Shown here: positions 1 through 10,462 of the stretch, one piece after another
Layout: each line of letters opens with the position of its first letter
How positions within the stretch are numbered: the stretch's first letter is position 1
Source: an uncultured Verrucomicrobiae bacterium
Lineage (GTDB): Bacteria > Verrucomicrobiota > Verrucomicrobiia > Limisphaerales > DSYF01
Reading direction: 5' to 3'
DNA length: 64,000 nucleotides
Assembly (NCBI GenBank): GCA_963751435.1
Contig: CAVVUP010000026.1
Coordinates: 15,604 to 79,603, forward strand
Translations under genes and position numbers: made by a program
The notes under the pieces: generated by a model
Seen by the model: only the letters and a program-made list of their open reading frames with translations
What the model was told of the DNA's origin: nothing
Database searches by the model: none

Positions 1-362
1 GCGGCTGTGGTCGCAGGCCCAGCCGTAGCGCGCAGAAACTTCGGCCGTGCTGCGGCTGGTGCTTTGCACACAGCCGCACTCCGATTCAGTTTCTCCGCGC
101 CTTTGCGCCATTGCGTCTTTGCGTTTCATTCTGGGAAACAAAAACGCCCCGTCCCGCGGCCGCGGGATGAGGCGTCGGCGTCCAACCGTTCGGGTTGGAC
201 GCTAGATCGTCGTGGTGGCTGTTGCCACAAGGCCGTTCATCAGGGCCAGATTAGACAGGACTTGGATCGCATTGGCAATTCAAACCTCCGGCAGTGCTCT
301 GGCGGGTGGGGGTGCGCACACTTTTTCGTGGATTTCGTCTGTGTCGAGGCTAAGAGTGGGGA

Positions 363-1885
<1,523 letters not shown>

Positions 1886-2278
1886 GGCTACCCATCAACC
1901 GGCTGTTGGATAGGGACACGCGCTGCGATGTCCCCGCCCGCGCATCAGCGGGCGGAATGGGGCGCCGCTCGACGCGGCGCGGACGGCGCAGCGCGCCGTC
2001 CCTACCCGGTTCATGGCCCCATTTCATGCGCAATCGCGAAAGGAGGCCTTCCATGAACTGCGCGGTAGGGCCCTGCTGTGCGCGGCCCGGGCGCCGGGGC
2101 ACCGGCGCCGTGCCAAGAGAAGCTGAAGTCAGCTACCATTCCCCCGGTTTGCGGAAACCGCCGTTTCTCATCCGCCGCCCGGCCCAGGGCGGTTTTGCGG
2201 CAACGGATCACCAGTGCCTTGTAGAAGCGATCGGCCGCGCGAGGGTCCAGCGTTCGAGTCGGGCCAGCCGGCGCGCCC

Positions 2279-3275
2279 GTGGCGGCGCTTGAGATCAAGG
2301 TGGACACCTACGTGTTGGAAACCGACGTGCATTTCCCCACCGACTTGAACCTGCTCTGGGACGCGGGCCGCAAGTGTGTGGATCTGGTGGAAGGGCTGCT
2401 GGCTTCCGGTTACGACCTGCCGGGCTGGCGCCAGTGCAAGGCGTGGCGGCGGCAACTCAAGGCCTGCGAACGGGCCGCCAGCCAGGTGGTCTATCGTGGC
2501 GGACCGAACAAGGAAGTGCGGGTCAAAGCGGTCGTGCGCGAGTATCTGGCCGTGGGGCGCGCGCTTTCGGCCAAGGTGCATCAGAGCCTGCTGGGCTTGT
2601 GTGAGGAGGCGGTGGACGCTGCCCGCTGGGAACGGCTGGCGTATTTCCACGGGATGCTCGACAAGCATCTGGATCTGGTGGAGCGGCGGTTGTTGCAGGA
2701 GCAAACCATCCCCGCGCACGAGAAGGTGTTCTCGCTGTTTGAGCCGCACACCGAATGGATCCAGAAAGGCAAGCAGCGCCCGAACGTGGAATTGGGGCAC
2801 CGGCTGCTGGTGGCCACCGATCAACACCAGTTGATCCAGGACTATGACGTGCCGGTGGGCGGGGCGGACGTGGACCAGAGTGTGCCGGTAGCCGACCGGT
2901 TGCTGGGCCGCTACGGGGCAGGGAGCGTGGCGAGCTTGAGTTTTGACAAAGGCTTCACGCGCGCCGCAGACCGGGCGTTGTTGAGCCTCTACATTCCGGA
3001 AGTGGTGATGCCCAAACGCGGCCAGAAGAACGCGGCGGAAGTGGAGCGGGAGAACGGCAAGCGGTTCCTCGCCCTGCGCAAGCAACACAGCGCGGTGGAG
3101 AGCGAGATCAACAGTCTGGAACATCACGGCTTGAACCGGTGCCTGGACGTGGGGTTGGCGGGCTATCTTGCGCTATGTGGGCTACGGCGTGATGAGCTAC
3201 AACCTGCACGTGATCGGGCGGGAGTGGCTGCGCCGCCAGCGCGAGCGCGGCCCAGCGCTGGCGCAGGCGGTCTGA
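2279..3275 (+). mobile_element. DDE transposase remnant (IS4/IS5 superfamily, ISNCY/IS1202-like), 5'-truncated and frameshifted near 3160
   Basis: ORF 2279-3343 has transposase-like blocks VDTYVLETDVHFPTD, FEPHTEWIQKGKQRPNVELGH, LSFDKGF and HSAVESEINSLEHHGLNRC. The expected tail RYVGYGVMSYNLHVIGRE..AQAV* lies in another frame and ends at 3275. No N-terminal DNA-binding part and no terminal inverted repeats were seen. Confidence 0.65.
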
Positions 3276-3461
3276 AGGCGCCCGCCGCGAAATCGCAAGC
3301 CAGCTCCGAGAGGAGCAGTGTCGCCGTCGCCGGGGAATTTTGATGGTTTTGAGCGTGCCCGGCTCAAAAAACCGCGTCCATCGCGCTTCCGCCACCCTCC
3401 GCGCTCAGCGCCATCTCAAAAACACGCGTTTCCGGCCAGACACTATTGAAGGCGGCAGGAT

Positions 3462-4029
3462 CATGATCGCCACTGAAGCCATCGACGATACCGGGATCGA
3501 CTGGAAGGCCGAGTGTCTTTCCTGGGCAGAGCACCGTGACTGGAACGTCCTGGACCTGCTGAGGACCGAAGGCTTCTGCCTGGCGTGCCTGCCGCTGGTC
3601 GGCCCCCCGCCCGAAGCCGCGTTGGACTTCACCACCGTTGTCAGCAAGCTCGAAGGCATCAACAATTTGGTAGTGGCCGCGCCCTGCTGGTCCCTGGAAA
3701 AGGTCCAGGAGATGTATGAGAAGCTGCCGGGTCGGCAGTTTGCCCACGGGAAGACAGCCGTGGTGATCGACCGCTTCGTGCCCGCCGCAGAGACATGGTT
3801 CCGCTTCCAGACGGAAATTGTTTACGTTGCCGGTGTCGCTCACGAGCCTCCCTACCATCGGGCCGGAGATCGCAACCCTTGGGCGCACTGCGCGATGCTC
3901 GCGCTCCAAGGTGCCGGAGTGGAGTCGCGGTTGCGGGTGGTCCATATCGGCGTGGGGCTGAGCCGCGACCATGTGTTTCTCCACTTTCTGACTCCGCACG
4001 CCCTGGTGCCACGCCGCGTGTTGCTATGA
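3462..4029 (+). CDS. hypothetical protein of the degraded island
   Basis: 189-aa ORF from the ATG at 3462 (the ORF-track start 3340 is less likely). Its stop overlaps the next ATG (ATGA at 4026-4029). No motif recognised. Confidence 0.4.
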
Positions 4030-4391
4030 CGGAGACGAAGCCAATCTTGCGGGAGTTCGTGAGCTGGTTGGAAATGGCCTACGGCCAGGCGGAGCGAGCT
4101 GCCGCTTCCGAGTTTGGCGTTGAAGCGCCCCCGGAGTCGCTGGTGATGGCCGAGGTCGCGCTGGAAGCCGCTTTAGACAGCCAGCGACCGGTGTTCCTGG
4201 CTACGTCTGCCTCCATCAAGTCGCTCCTTGCTGCCCTCGTGCTGCGTCGCGCTGGCGTCAAGCTGGAGCAGGTCTTCCGGGGAAACCTCAGCGATGAGCA
4301 ATTCGGGGCGCTCGCGGATGCCTTGCGGGCGGTGAGGATGTCCAAGCTGATGATCGAGATGCCGGGTGAACAGCCGGGGGTCGAGACCTGA
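4026..4391 (+). pseudogene. DnaB-like replicative helicase fragment (middle of the RecA-like domain only)
   Basis: RPVFLATSASIKSLLAALVLRRAGVKLEQVFRGNLSDEQFGALADALRAVRMSKLMIE parallels the DnaB segment k.V.ffSLEMs.eqL..Rlls...v....lr.G.l.d.e...l..a...l....l.Idd. There is no Walker A and no N-terminal domain, and it is only 121 aa. Confidence 0.5.
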
Positions 4392-4414
4392 AAGCGTCAT
4401 CGAAGGTATCACCC

Positions 4415-4627
4415 ATGCCAAAAGAACAGATCATCAGGGATCGCGTGGGCACCAGGATCGGCACGCTCATCGACGATGGGCGCGAAGTCGTGGCTCGGAG
4501 TCGGGTCGGCTCGCGTCTCGGCCATTACGACAAGCGCACCAATTCGACCCGCGACCGGCACGGCAACAAGATCGGCGAGGGCAACACTACTGCCAGCCTG
4601 ATCGTTGACGACTGGAAGCAGCGATGA
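4415..4627 (+). CDS. small hypothetical protein with three internal R-[DS]-R-x-G-x-[RK]-[IL]-G repeats
   Basis: 70-aa ORF containing RDRVGTRIG, RSRVGSRLG and RDRHGNKIG about 18-20 aa apart. No family recognised. Confidence 0.3.
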   Translation: MPKEQIIRDRVGTRIGTLIDDGREVVARSRVGSRLGHYDKRTNSTRDRHGNKIGEGNTTASLIVDDWKQR

Positions 4628-5001
4628 AGTCGTGGACGACGGCGGGAGTCGGTCGGTCGAGCCAGCGATGGGTGAAGATGTTTACATCTTCAACATCATT
4701 ACCGGGACCGACTGGCTGCCGTCCTGGCCGGTCTGGATCACGACATCGCCCTCGGCGTCCCTCACGGGCAATGACTCCAACGACCGGCAGGCTGCCTGGT
4801 AACAGGTCCGCCTGGCTCCAGGGGGCCGGTCGTTGGTGCCGGAGGGGAATAGAATGACCTACCGGGATACTTCGATGGCTCTGAGCGCCTGCCAGGCCCC
4901 GTAAACGGAGGTTCCTGTAGCGGGCGGCAAGCACCCCATTCGCTGGCTTGGGGCCTGACGAGATCGCGTCGGCACCGGGATCAGCAGGAACCGTCGATCC
5001 C

Positions 5002-5667
5002 TCACTGAGCCAGGGCGGCTTTCAATCGGCCTTCGCGGTATTGCTGGAGTTCCGCCTCGGTTAGTTTGTGGTCGGCGATGTGGATCGTGACCTTTTCCAG
5101 CTCTCCGGTGAACTTGAAGGGCACTTGGTAATCTTCGCTGACCGGCGTGCCCGTGTCCTCGCCGATGTCGAGCGTCTCATCCAGCGACATTCGGAACGGA
5201 ATGGTTCGAGGCACCTTCTCGCTGGCGACCTGCTTGCCGTCCACGGTCAGCGTCGCTGTGCCGCCCTTGCCCACGCCGCCGCCGTCGTAGTTGAAGTCGA
5301 GGGTGATGACACGCTTTCCGGGGGCGAGCTTGTCCTTGCCAGCAACCACGTAATGTTCGACGCCGCAGTTGTTGTAGTGGAACACGGGGCGTCCGTCCTT
5401 CACATAGAGGCCGAGACCGGCGAAGCGTCCGCCCTGCGTCATGAGCAGGCCCTCGGCACCCTCTTCTGGAATATCCACGACCGCGCTGATGCCGAAGGAC
5501 TTGTTCTTCAGGTCCGGCGCAGCGCCTTCAGGGATACGCACCATGCCTTCGTAATAGGTGAACGCTTTGACCCCGCGAATGTTGCTTGGGCGGTTGATGT
5601 GGGGCAGTCCTTCGTGCGTCATCCAGTTCTCAACGGTGCGCGTTCCGACACCGCAGTAGCTGGCCAC
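5002..5667 (-). pseudogene. 3' fragment of a long-form arylsulfatase gene fused to an HTH (excisionase-like) leader
   Basis: FTYYEGMVRIPEGAAPDLKNKSF..LMTQGGRFAGLGLYVKDGRPVFHYN..DFNYDGGGVGKGGTATLTVDGKQVA..RTIPFRMSLDETLDIGEDTGTPVSEDYQVPFKFTG is the typical C-terminal domain of roughly 780-aa arylsulfatases. The first 25 aa or so (VASYCGVGTRTVENWMTHEGLPHI) look like a MerR/excisionase-type HTH. The sulfatase catalytic domain is absent. Confidence 0.75.
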
Positions 5668-6215
5668 ATCATCCTTTCTCCAGTGCGGCTTGTCGTTGCT
5701 GCTTTCAAGATGCTCAGCCGTGTTCTCAGGTCCCGGATGTATGCCGGAGATCGTCCGTTCTTCGTGCGGTCGTTGACGAGTTCTTCGACGACCTCTGCGA
5801 CGGTCCTGGAGATCACACTGGCCGTGTGCTCGACCTGGAACCTCGCGGCCTCCGTCAATGACACGCCCTTCAAAATTGTGCGGGCCGCTACCGCGTCCAT
5901 GACGAGGATGTCGAGAGCAAGGCCGGTGGGCCGCACCGCCGCCAGGGCGCGTTCGTAGATCAAACGCTCCCGACCATTCAGCATCAGGCCGGGTAGTTCC
6001 CGTTTTTCCAGCTTCTTGGCCAGCTTCTCGGCTTCGGCTTCTGCTGTTTGCCGGTCGGGGAACATCGGGCGCTGGCGTCGTCCTTCCTCGTCATAGTAGC
6101 TGACGGTGTAGTAGTCGCGCCCCGCGTTCGGGGTGTGGTAAACCCTGACCGAGGGCTTCGGCGTGATCTCAAGTTTTGTAAACTTTTGTTCGTTGCTGAC
6201 GTTCGTATTTTCCAT
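5619..6215 (-). pseudogene. tyrosine recombinase (phage-type integrase), N-terminal arm/SAM-like part only
   Basis: Lies next to the 3' end of tRNA-Gly. Has an arm-type N-terminus (VRVYHTPNAGRDYYTVSYYDEEGRRQRPMFPDRQTAEAEAEKLAKKLE) and a core-binding-like part (VAEVVEELVNDRTKNGRSPAYIRDLRTRLSIL). The catalytic R..HxxR..Y domain is missing, and the reading frame runs into the HTH/sulfatase chimera. Confidence 0.65.
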
Positions 6216-6355
6216 GCCGGACAGAACCGTTTTCGCGGCGGTCTTCCGGCTGTCTGGCCCGGCACTTTGGCCGGGTTTTGTCAGCAGATTGTCAGCAAGC
6301 TTCTTTCACCCGGTTTGAAACTTGCGTAAGCTGTTGGAAATTAAGAAGAAGGAAT

Positions 6356-6429
6356 TGGAGCGGGTGAAGGGAATCGAACCCTCGTCTCGGGCTTGGGAAG
6401 CCCACGTTCTACCATTGAACCACACCCGC
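6356..6429 (-). tRNA. tRNA-Gly, anticodon UCC, CCA encoded
   Basis: The reverse complement reads GCGGGTG TG GTTC AATGGTA GAAC G TGGGC TTCCCAA GCCCG AGAC GAGGG TTCGATT CCCTT CACCCGC T CCA. This gives a 7-bp acceptor stem, D, anticodon and T arms, the GTTCGATT T-loop and anticodon TCC. Confidence 0.93.
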
Positions 6430-6604
6430 GGTGCCAAGGGCATTAGCTTTAACAAGAAGCCGCTGCCGATGCAATCGCTGACTTTACCCTCTTACCTCAC
6501 AGGGCGGAGGACGAAATTCTTCAGACAGAATTCAGGGTTTAGGTGGTCAGGCGGTGTCGGAGAGGAGTGCCCTTGCTTACGTGACGCGGGCCAGAAGGAA
6601 TATC

Positions 6605-6870
6605 ATGACGCGGCGTCCGGTTCTCGACTCTTGCGTTCCGCCTGCCACCGCTGCAGACCGGCTCTGGTATTGATGCTCGCCCTTTGGCTGCCCGGCTCGG
6701 CAGGCGCGATGCAGCAGGTGAGGGTGGAAGGTTGCGTCCTCCGGAACCGGGATCTCAATGACGGCTTGCCCAGCACGCGAACCAATTCCGTCGCCCGGAC
6801 TCCCGATGGCTTTGTGTGGCTCGTGCCCCCGGCGAACTCACGCGGTTTGACGGTGGCCGTTTCAAACATA
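6605..6870 (+). pseudogene. N-terminal remnant of a two-component-regulator-propeller type sensor protein, frameshifted and truncated
   Basis: Reads MTRRPVLD.. then, in another frame, a signal-like LVLMLALWLPGSAGA followed by VLRNRDLNDGLPSTRTNSVARTPDGFVWLV, then in a third frame ELTRFDGGRFKH. This is the Reg_prop pattern (dGLP.n.v.ai.qd.dGflW.gT..GL.rFDG..F). Nothing downstream continues the gene. Confidence 0.5.
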
Positions 6871-7036
6871 GGAGTATTTGCTTGTTGGATCACGGTTTTA
6901 GGAGACTCCTCAAGCATCGCACAGGTGCGGTCGGGTTCTATAGCCAGTTCCGGTCAGGCCCACCCCTCTCGGGCAACAGTTACTCTTGGCGCACGGGGCG
7001 GCACACTCCCGGAGCCCGACTGGACACGACCTGATA

Positions 7037-10000
7037 TCAGAAGCCCCCTTCGCGCACTTCGAGCCGCCAGAACCCCTGGGCGCCGGACAGGTTGGTTGCC
7101 GTCACGCCCAGCAGGCCATTACTGCCGGACAGGGTGCTCACGTTGCTCCAGGTGACCAGGTTCGAACTGACCTGGAGACGGTAGCCCCAGCCCGGCTGCG
7201 CGGGCCAGGTGAGGGAAGCCGTCTGGTTGCTGAGCGCAAGCTGCAGCGCGGGTTGATGGTTGAAATAGGCCGCCGCATCCCATTCGAGCACGCCGACCGG
7301 GGAGGCGGTGTTGGGCGCCGTGTAACCCTGGCCGTTGACCGGTTCGTGGAAGATGTGAAGCACGTTGTCCTGCTCCCAGCGGTTCAAGTCCGCGTTGGGT
7401 GCATCAAACCCTCCCAGGGTGTTGGTGGTTAGGTCGAACTGCGTCCAGACCAGCCGGTGGGGGTCAATCGCCTTGGGCAGACTGTGAACCACGGTAAGCC
7501 CGTTGGCGCCTTCGTTGTCCCGGTAAATCACAATCAGGCGGTCGTCCTTGTCGGAAACAATCGTGGGCCGTCCCATGTCGCCCAGCGCGCTCTCGGGAAC
7601 TTTGACGGTTGGCGAGTCTATTGTGCGGAAAGAAATCTGCCGCACGTCCCAGCCGTTGGTGCCCGGAAACCCGACCATGTATTGGCGGCGATGATTGTTC
7701 GTGCCGGCACCGGGCGCCCACCAGTTGGCCAGCACCGGCTGTCCCGATCGGTCCAGGCACATGCCCGATTGATTCATCAGGCTTGAGCCTTCGGGGATGG
7801 AGAGGATTTTTTCAGCGATGGAGTTGGTGTTGCCATTCTCACCGCTTTCGTTGATGGGCAGGACGTAGTTCACGCCGCTGCTGCGTTTCCAGATGAACCC
7901 ACCGTCGGGCGACCACGCGTAATCGTAGTCGTGATTTGTCTGATACCCGGCCTCACCTTCAGGCGAATCGGAGTTGTAACGCCACGTCCAGGTCAGAAAG
8001 ATGCTCCCTGCCGAATCCATGCAAGGCATCTGCCAATAGGCGTTGTAGTTCGGCGTCCAACCGGTCCCCTTGAGAAAGGCGAGCTGGCTCGACCCGCTCA
8101 AATGCACATTCGTCCATGTCTGCGAACTGAGGCGGTAGCGGTTCAGGAACAGGTCGCCATTGCCCGAGCCGCCCTCCCGGAAGAAATAGAGCAGGTCGCC
8201 GTTAGGCAGGGTGAGGAACTGCGGATAAGTCACGGCGTTTTCCTTGCCCGTCATCGTGCCGTCCGGGCCGAAGGCAATCGCATTCGTGCCGGTCACGGGC
8301 ACCAGGCTTCTGGCGTAGTGATAGGCATCGCCGTGCATGCCCCAACTGATGTGCATGTAACCCAGGCCGTCGATGCCGAACGAGATGCAGTCGTGCCCGT
8401 CCGTGATGTTGTTCGCGGTGAAGCCGGTGCGGAACACTTCCCACACGTTCGAGCCCACGGCGCGGCGCGCAACCCAGAGCTTGTCGTTGAAGGCGTAACC
8501 CGCGTCAGTCTGGTGGCGCCCGTAATACGTCATGAACTGCTGGTTGCTCACGGTCATGACGGAAGAACGGATGAATGAAGCCGTGTTGATTCCGCCAGAG
8601 TAAGCGTATTCGCTGGTGTTCGTGTCTCCATCCTCCACCGGCACCAACCGCACGCGCGGGCCGGGCGGATGCGAGTCCGGGGCGTTCGGATTTGTGCCGG
8701 CGAGGAACTCCTGCCGGTTGTTGAACCAGTCCCCGTCCGGATCGTCCACGCCCGTCGGAGCAAGCGAGCCAAAGTGTGCCATCTCCCAAGTGTCTGGCAG
8801 GAGATCGCCGTCGCTGTCGCCAGGCGCGGAGGCCGGATTCGTCGGATTGGTTCCCGCCGCAAATTCAGCGGCGTTTGAAAAAGTGTCGTCGTCCGGATCG
8901 CCCGAGCCGTCCTGCACGAGCGAGCCAAAGTATTGCATTTCCCACGAGTCCGGCAGCGCATCACCATCCACGTCGCCCGGGATGGACAGCGCGTTGGTGG
9001 GAATGGACCCGGCCTGATACTCGGCAAGGTTGTTGAAGACGTCGCCATCCGGATCGTTGGTGGCGGTCTGGATGAGATCACCGAAATACTGGAACTCCCA
9101 GACATCCGGCAGGCCGTCCGGCTCGGAGTCCCCCAGCGGCGCGCTCTGGATCTGCACCTCGGTGTAACTGTTCCAGAGCGACTGGGAATTGCCGTGGCCC
9201 ACGATTCGCACATAACGCGCCATGGCGTCGGGGAAATCAAACGCTTCGGGCTCCAGCGTGTTCCCGCTGCTGACCGCGCCCGCCAGAACATTGGTCCACG
9301 TGACGCGGTCGTTGGAAATCTGGATGTCGAAGGTGCTGGTGCGGGTGTCGCCGACGTGGAACGCAAGGCGGACCGCCGAAACCAGCTCCGCTCGGCCGAG
9401 GTCGTAGGCAATCCACTGTCCGTCACCAAGCGCCGACCACCGTGTCCCAAGGTTTCCGTCGAGGGTGTTTTCCGGGATGTTGGTGGCGTCCACACCACTG
9501 GCCGCGAGAACGGACACGCCGCGAAAGATGAACTCATTGGCCTGACGCGCCACGTCGCTCAACCGCACCTCGTCGATCAAGCCGACCCAGTTCTGGTCCG
9601 AGCCGCCGGTGGCGCGCCCGTCATTGCCAATCGTCCAATCGGCGCTGCCCGCAGGCAGGTTGTTGGTCATTCGCAAGCTCGCCAGACGATCGGCCCGCGT
9701 CCGGTTCGTGTCGACCAGGGTCCAGTAAACCTTGAAGTTGTCTGGCGTGTCGGGCTGGCCATTGTAGGTGACCGCAACGTGATACCAGTGGGTGCTGGCG
9801 ATGGCGTTCGAACCGGTCACCGGCAACACCGCCGCCAGCGTCTGGAGGGGGCTGCCAATGTTGATGAATTGCAGTTCGGGCGTGGCGTCGTTCACGCCGT
9901 TCCACACCACCCGGAATTGAAACAGCCGCACGGTTTCCTCGGCATCCGCGGAAATAATCTGCATCGACCGGCCGGTGTCCGGCGCGACCGCCTGATTGGT

Positions 10001-10462
10001 CGGATTGAAATCCACGCGGAGCAACGCCTCGATGGTAAATGCCCCATTGGTGCCGGTGAAGGTGACGGTCGAGTTGTCGCCGGTGCCGTCCACGAGCGGC
10101 AGCGGAGCCAGATAGGCGTCGCGCCCGGGGATGCCGTTTGGATTGGCGGCAAGCGTGGCGTTTGGCCCGGCGTCATAGGTGCTGGCCGACGCGCCGAAGC
10201 CGGGCGAGGCAGCGTTGCCCAGGATCGCGCCGTCGCGGATCGCTGCGAGCGTCAGCCTGGATGCCACCGCGTCGGCGCAATTCGTCGCCGAGACGGATTC
10301 ATCGAAATGCCATAGATGAAGCGTGTTCACCTCCGGCAGGTAAGGAGCAAGGCCGGCGTTTACAGCCCCCCCCACGCCGGCACTCACGGTCAGGATCAAG
10401 GCATGCCGAGAACAACCGCGAAGCCGTGCAGAAATCCAAGGAGTGAGATTCATGATTTTCAT
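7037..10462 (-). CDS. large secreted multidomain protein: LamG-like, F5/8 type C (discoidin), three TSP3-like Ca-binding repeats, BNR_4-like beta-propeller, and a C-terminal beta-sandwich tail
   Basis: 1141-aa ORF with an N-terminal signal-like segment. LamG-type block (HLWHFDE..WYHVAVTY..LIDEVRLS). Discoidin block (NIPENTLDGNLGTRWSALGDGQWIAYDLG..FDIQISNDRVTWTNV). Three copies of LPDxWExxYFGxL...DPDGD.F.N..E...GTNP. BNR_4-like block (FMTYYGRHQTDAGYAFNDKLWVARR..DGHDCISFGIDGLGYMHISWGMHGDAYHY). Tail LTWPAQPGWGYRLQVSSNLVTWSNV..GFWRLEV. Confidence 0.85.
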   Translation of the reverse strand: MKIMNLTPWISARLRGCSRHALILTVSAGVGGAVNAGLAPYLPEVNTLHLWHFDESVSATNCADAVASRLTLAAIRDGAILGNAASPGFGASASTYDAGPNATLAANPNGIPGRDAYLAPLPLVDGTGDNSTVTFTGTNGAFTIEALLRVDFNPTNQAVAPDTGRSMQIISADAEETVRLFQFRVVWNGVNDATPELQFINIGSPLQTLAAVLPVTGSNAIASTHWYHVAVTYNGQPDTPDNFKVYWTLVDTNRTRADRLASLRMTNNLPAGSADWTIGNDGRATGGSDQNWVGLIDEVRLSDVARQANEFIFRGVSVLAASGVDATNIPENTLDGNLGTRWSALGDGQWIAYDLGRAELVSAVRLAFHVGDTRTSTFDIQISNDRVTWTNVLAGAVSSGNTLEPEAFDFPDAMARYVRIVGHGNSQSLWNSYTEVQIQSAPLGDSEPDGLPDVWEFQYFGDLIQTATNDPDGDVFNNLAEYQAGSIPTNALSIPGDVDGDALPDSWEMQYFGSLVQDGSGDPDDDTFSNAAEFAAGTNPTNPASAPGDSDGDLLPDTWEMAHFGSLAPTGVDDPDGDWFNNRQEFLAGTNPNAPDSHPPGPRVRLVPVEDGDTNTSEYAYSGGINTASFIRSSVMTVSNQQFMTYYGRHQTDAGYAFNDKLWVARRAVGSNVWEVFRTGFTANNITDGHDCISFGIDGLGYMHISWGMHGDAYHYARSLVPVTGTNAIAFGPDGTMTGKENAVTYPQFLTLPNGDLLYFFREGGSGNGDLFLNRYRLSSQTWTNVHLSGSSQLAFLKGTGWTPNYNAYWQMPCMDSAGSIFLTWTWRYNSDSPEGEAGYQTNHDYDYAWSPDGGFIWKRSSGVNYVLPINESGENGNTNSIAEKILSIPEGSSLMNQSGMCLDRSGQPVLANWWAPGAGTNNHRRQYMVGFPGTNGWDVRQISFRTIDSPTVKVPESALGDMGRPTIVSDKDDRLIVIYRDNEGANGLTVVHSLPKAIDPHRLVWTQFDLTTNTLGGFDAPNADLNRWEQDNVLHIFHEPVNGQGYTAPNTASPVGVLEWDAAAYFNHQPALQLALSNQTASLTWPAQPGWGYRLQVSSNLVTWSNVSTLSGSNGLLGVTATNLSGAQGFWRLEVREGGF
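8672..9127 (-). repeat. three tandem coding repeats of about 44-50 aa (thrombospondin type-3-like acidic Ca-binding repeats) inside the 1141-aa gene
   Basis: PDGLPDVWEFQYFGDLIQTATNDPDGDVFNNLAEYQAGSIPTN / GDALPDSWEMQYFGSLVQDGSGDPDDDTFSNAAEFAAGTNPTN / GDLLPDTWEMAHFGSLAPTGVDDPDGDWFNNRQEFLAGTNPN. Confidence 0.85.

Noticed and set aside
1-205. A possible minus-strand gene start (MKRKDAMAQRRGE..) and two hairpins (palindrome CCCGCGGCCGCGGG around 158-171; GCGTCCAACC-gttcg-GGTTGGACGC around 176-200).
   Set aside because: The peptide is the translation of a common low-complexity repeat (gcaaagacgcaa..), not a protein start. The hairpins could be terminators or attenuators of a gene outside the window, but they have no clear U-tract or assignable gene, so no feature was called.
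2168-3127. Long antisense ORFs opposite clear genes, e.g. 2168-3127(-), 35580-36929(-), 42369-43352(-), 53816-54799(-), 54031-55194(+) and 25491-26309(-).
   Set aside because: They have Arg/Gly/Pro/Ala-rich composition, no recognisable motifs, and each is the mirror of a gene with strong family signatures. These are typical shadow ORFs of high-GC DNA.
1886-6355. attL/attR direct repeat of the tRNA-Gly 3' end that would delimit the island.
   Set aside because: I found no second copy of the tRNA 3' segment (e.g. GGGAATCGAACCC) between 1 and 6350 by eye. The far boundary of the island therefore stays undefined.
6322-7155. 277-aa ORF running through the tRNA-Gly gene.
   Set aside because: It reads across a tRNA on the opposite strand. 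Only a short internal part (6605-6870) resembles a real protein, a sensor N-terminus, and that part is frameshifted.
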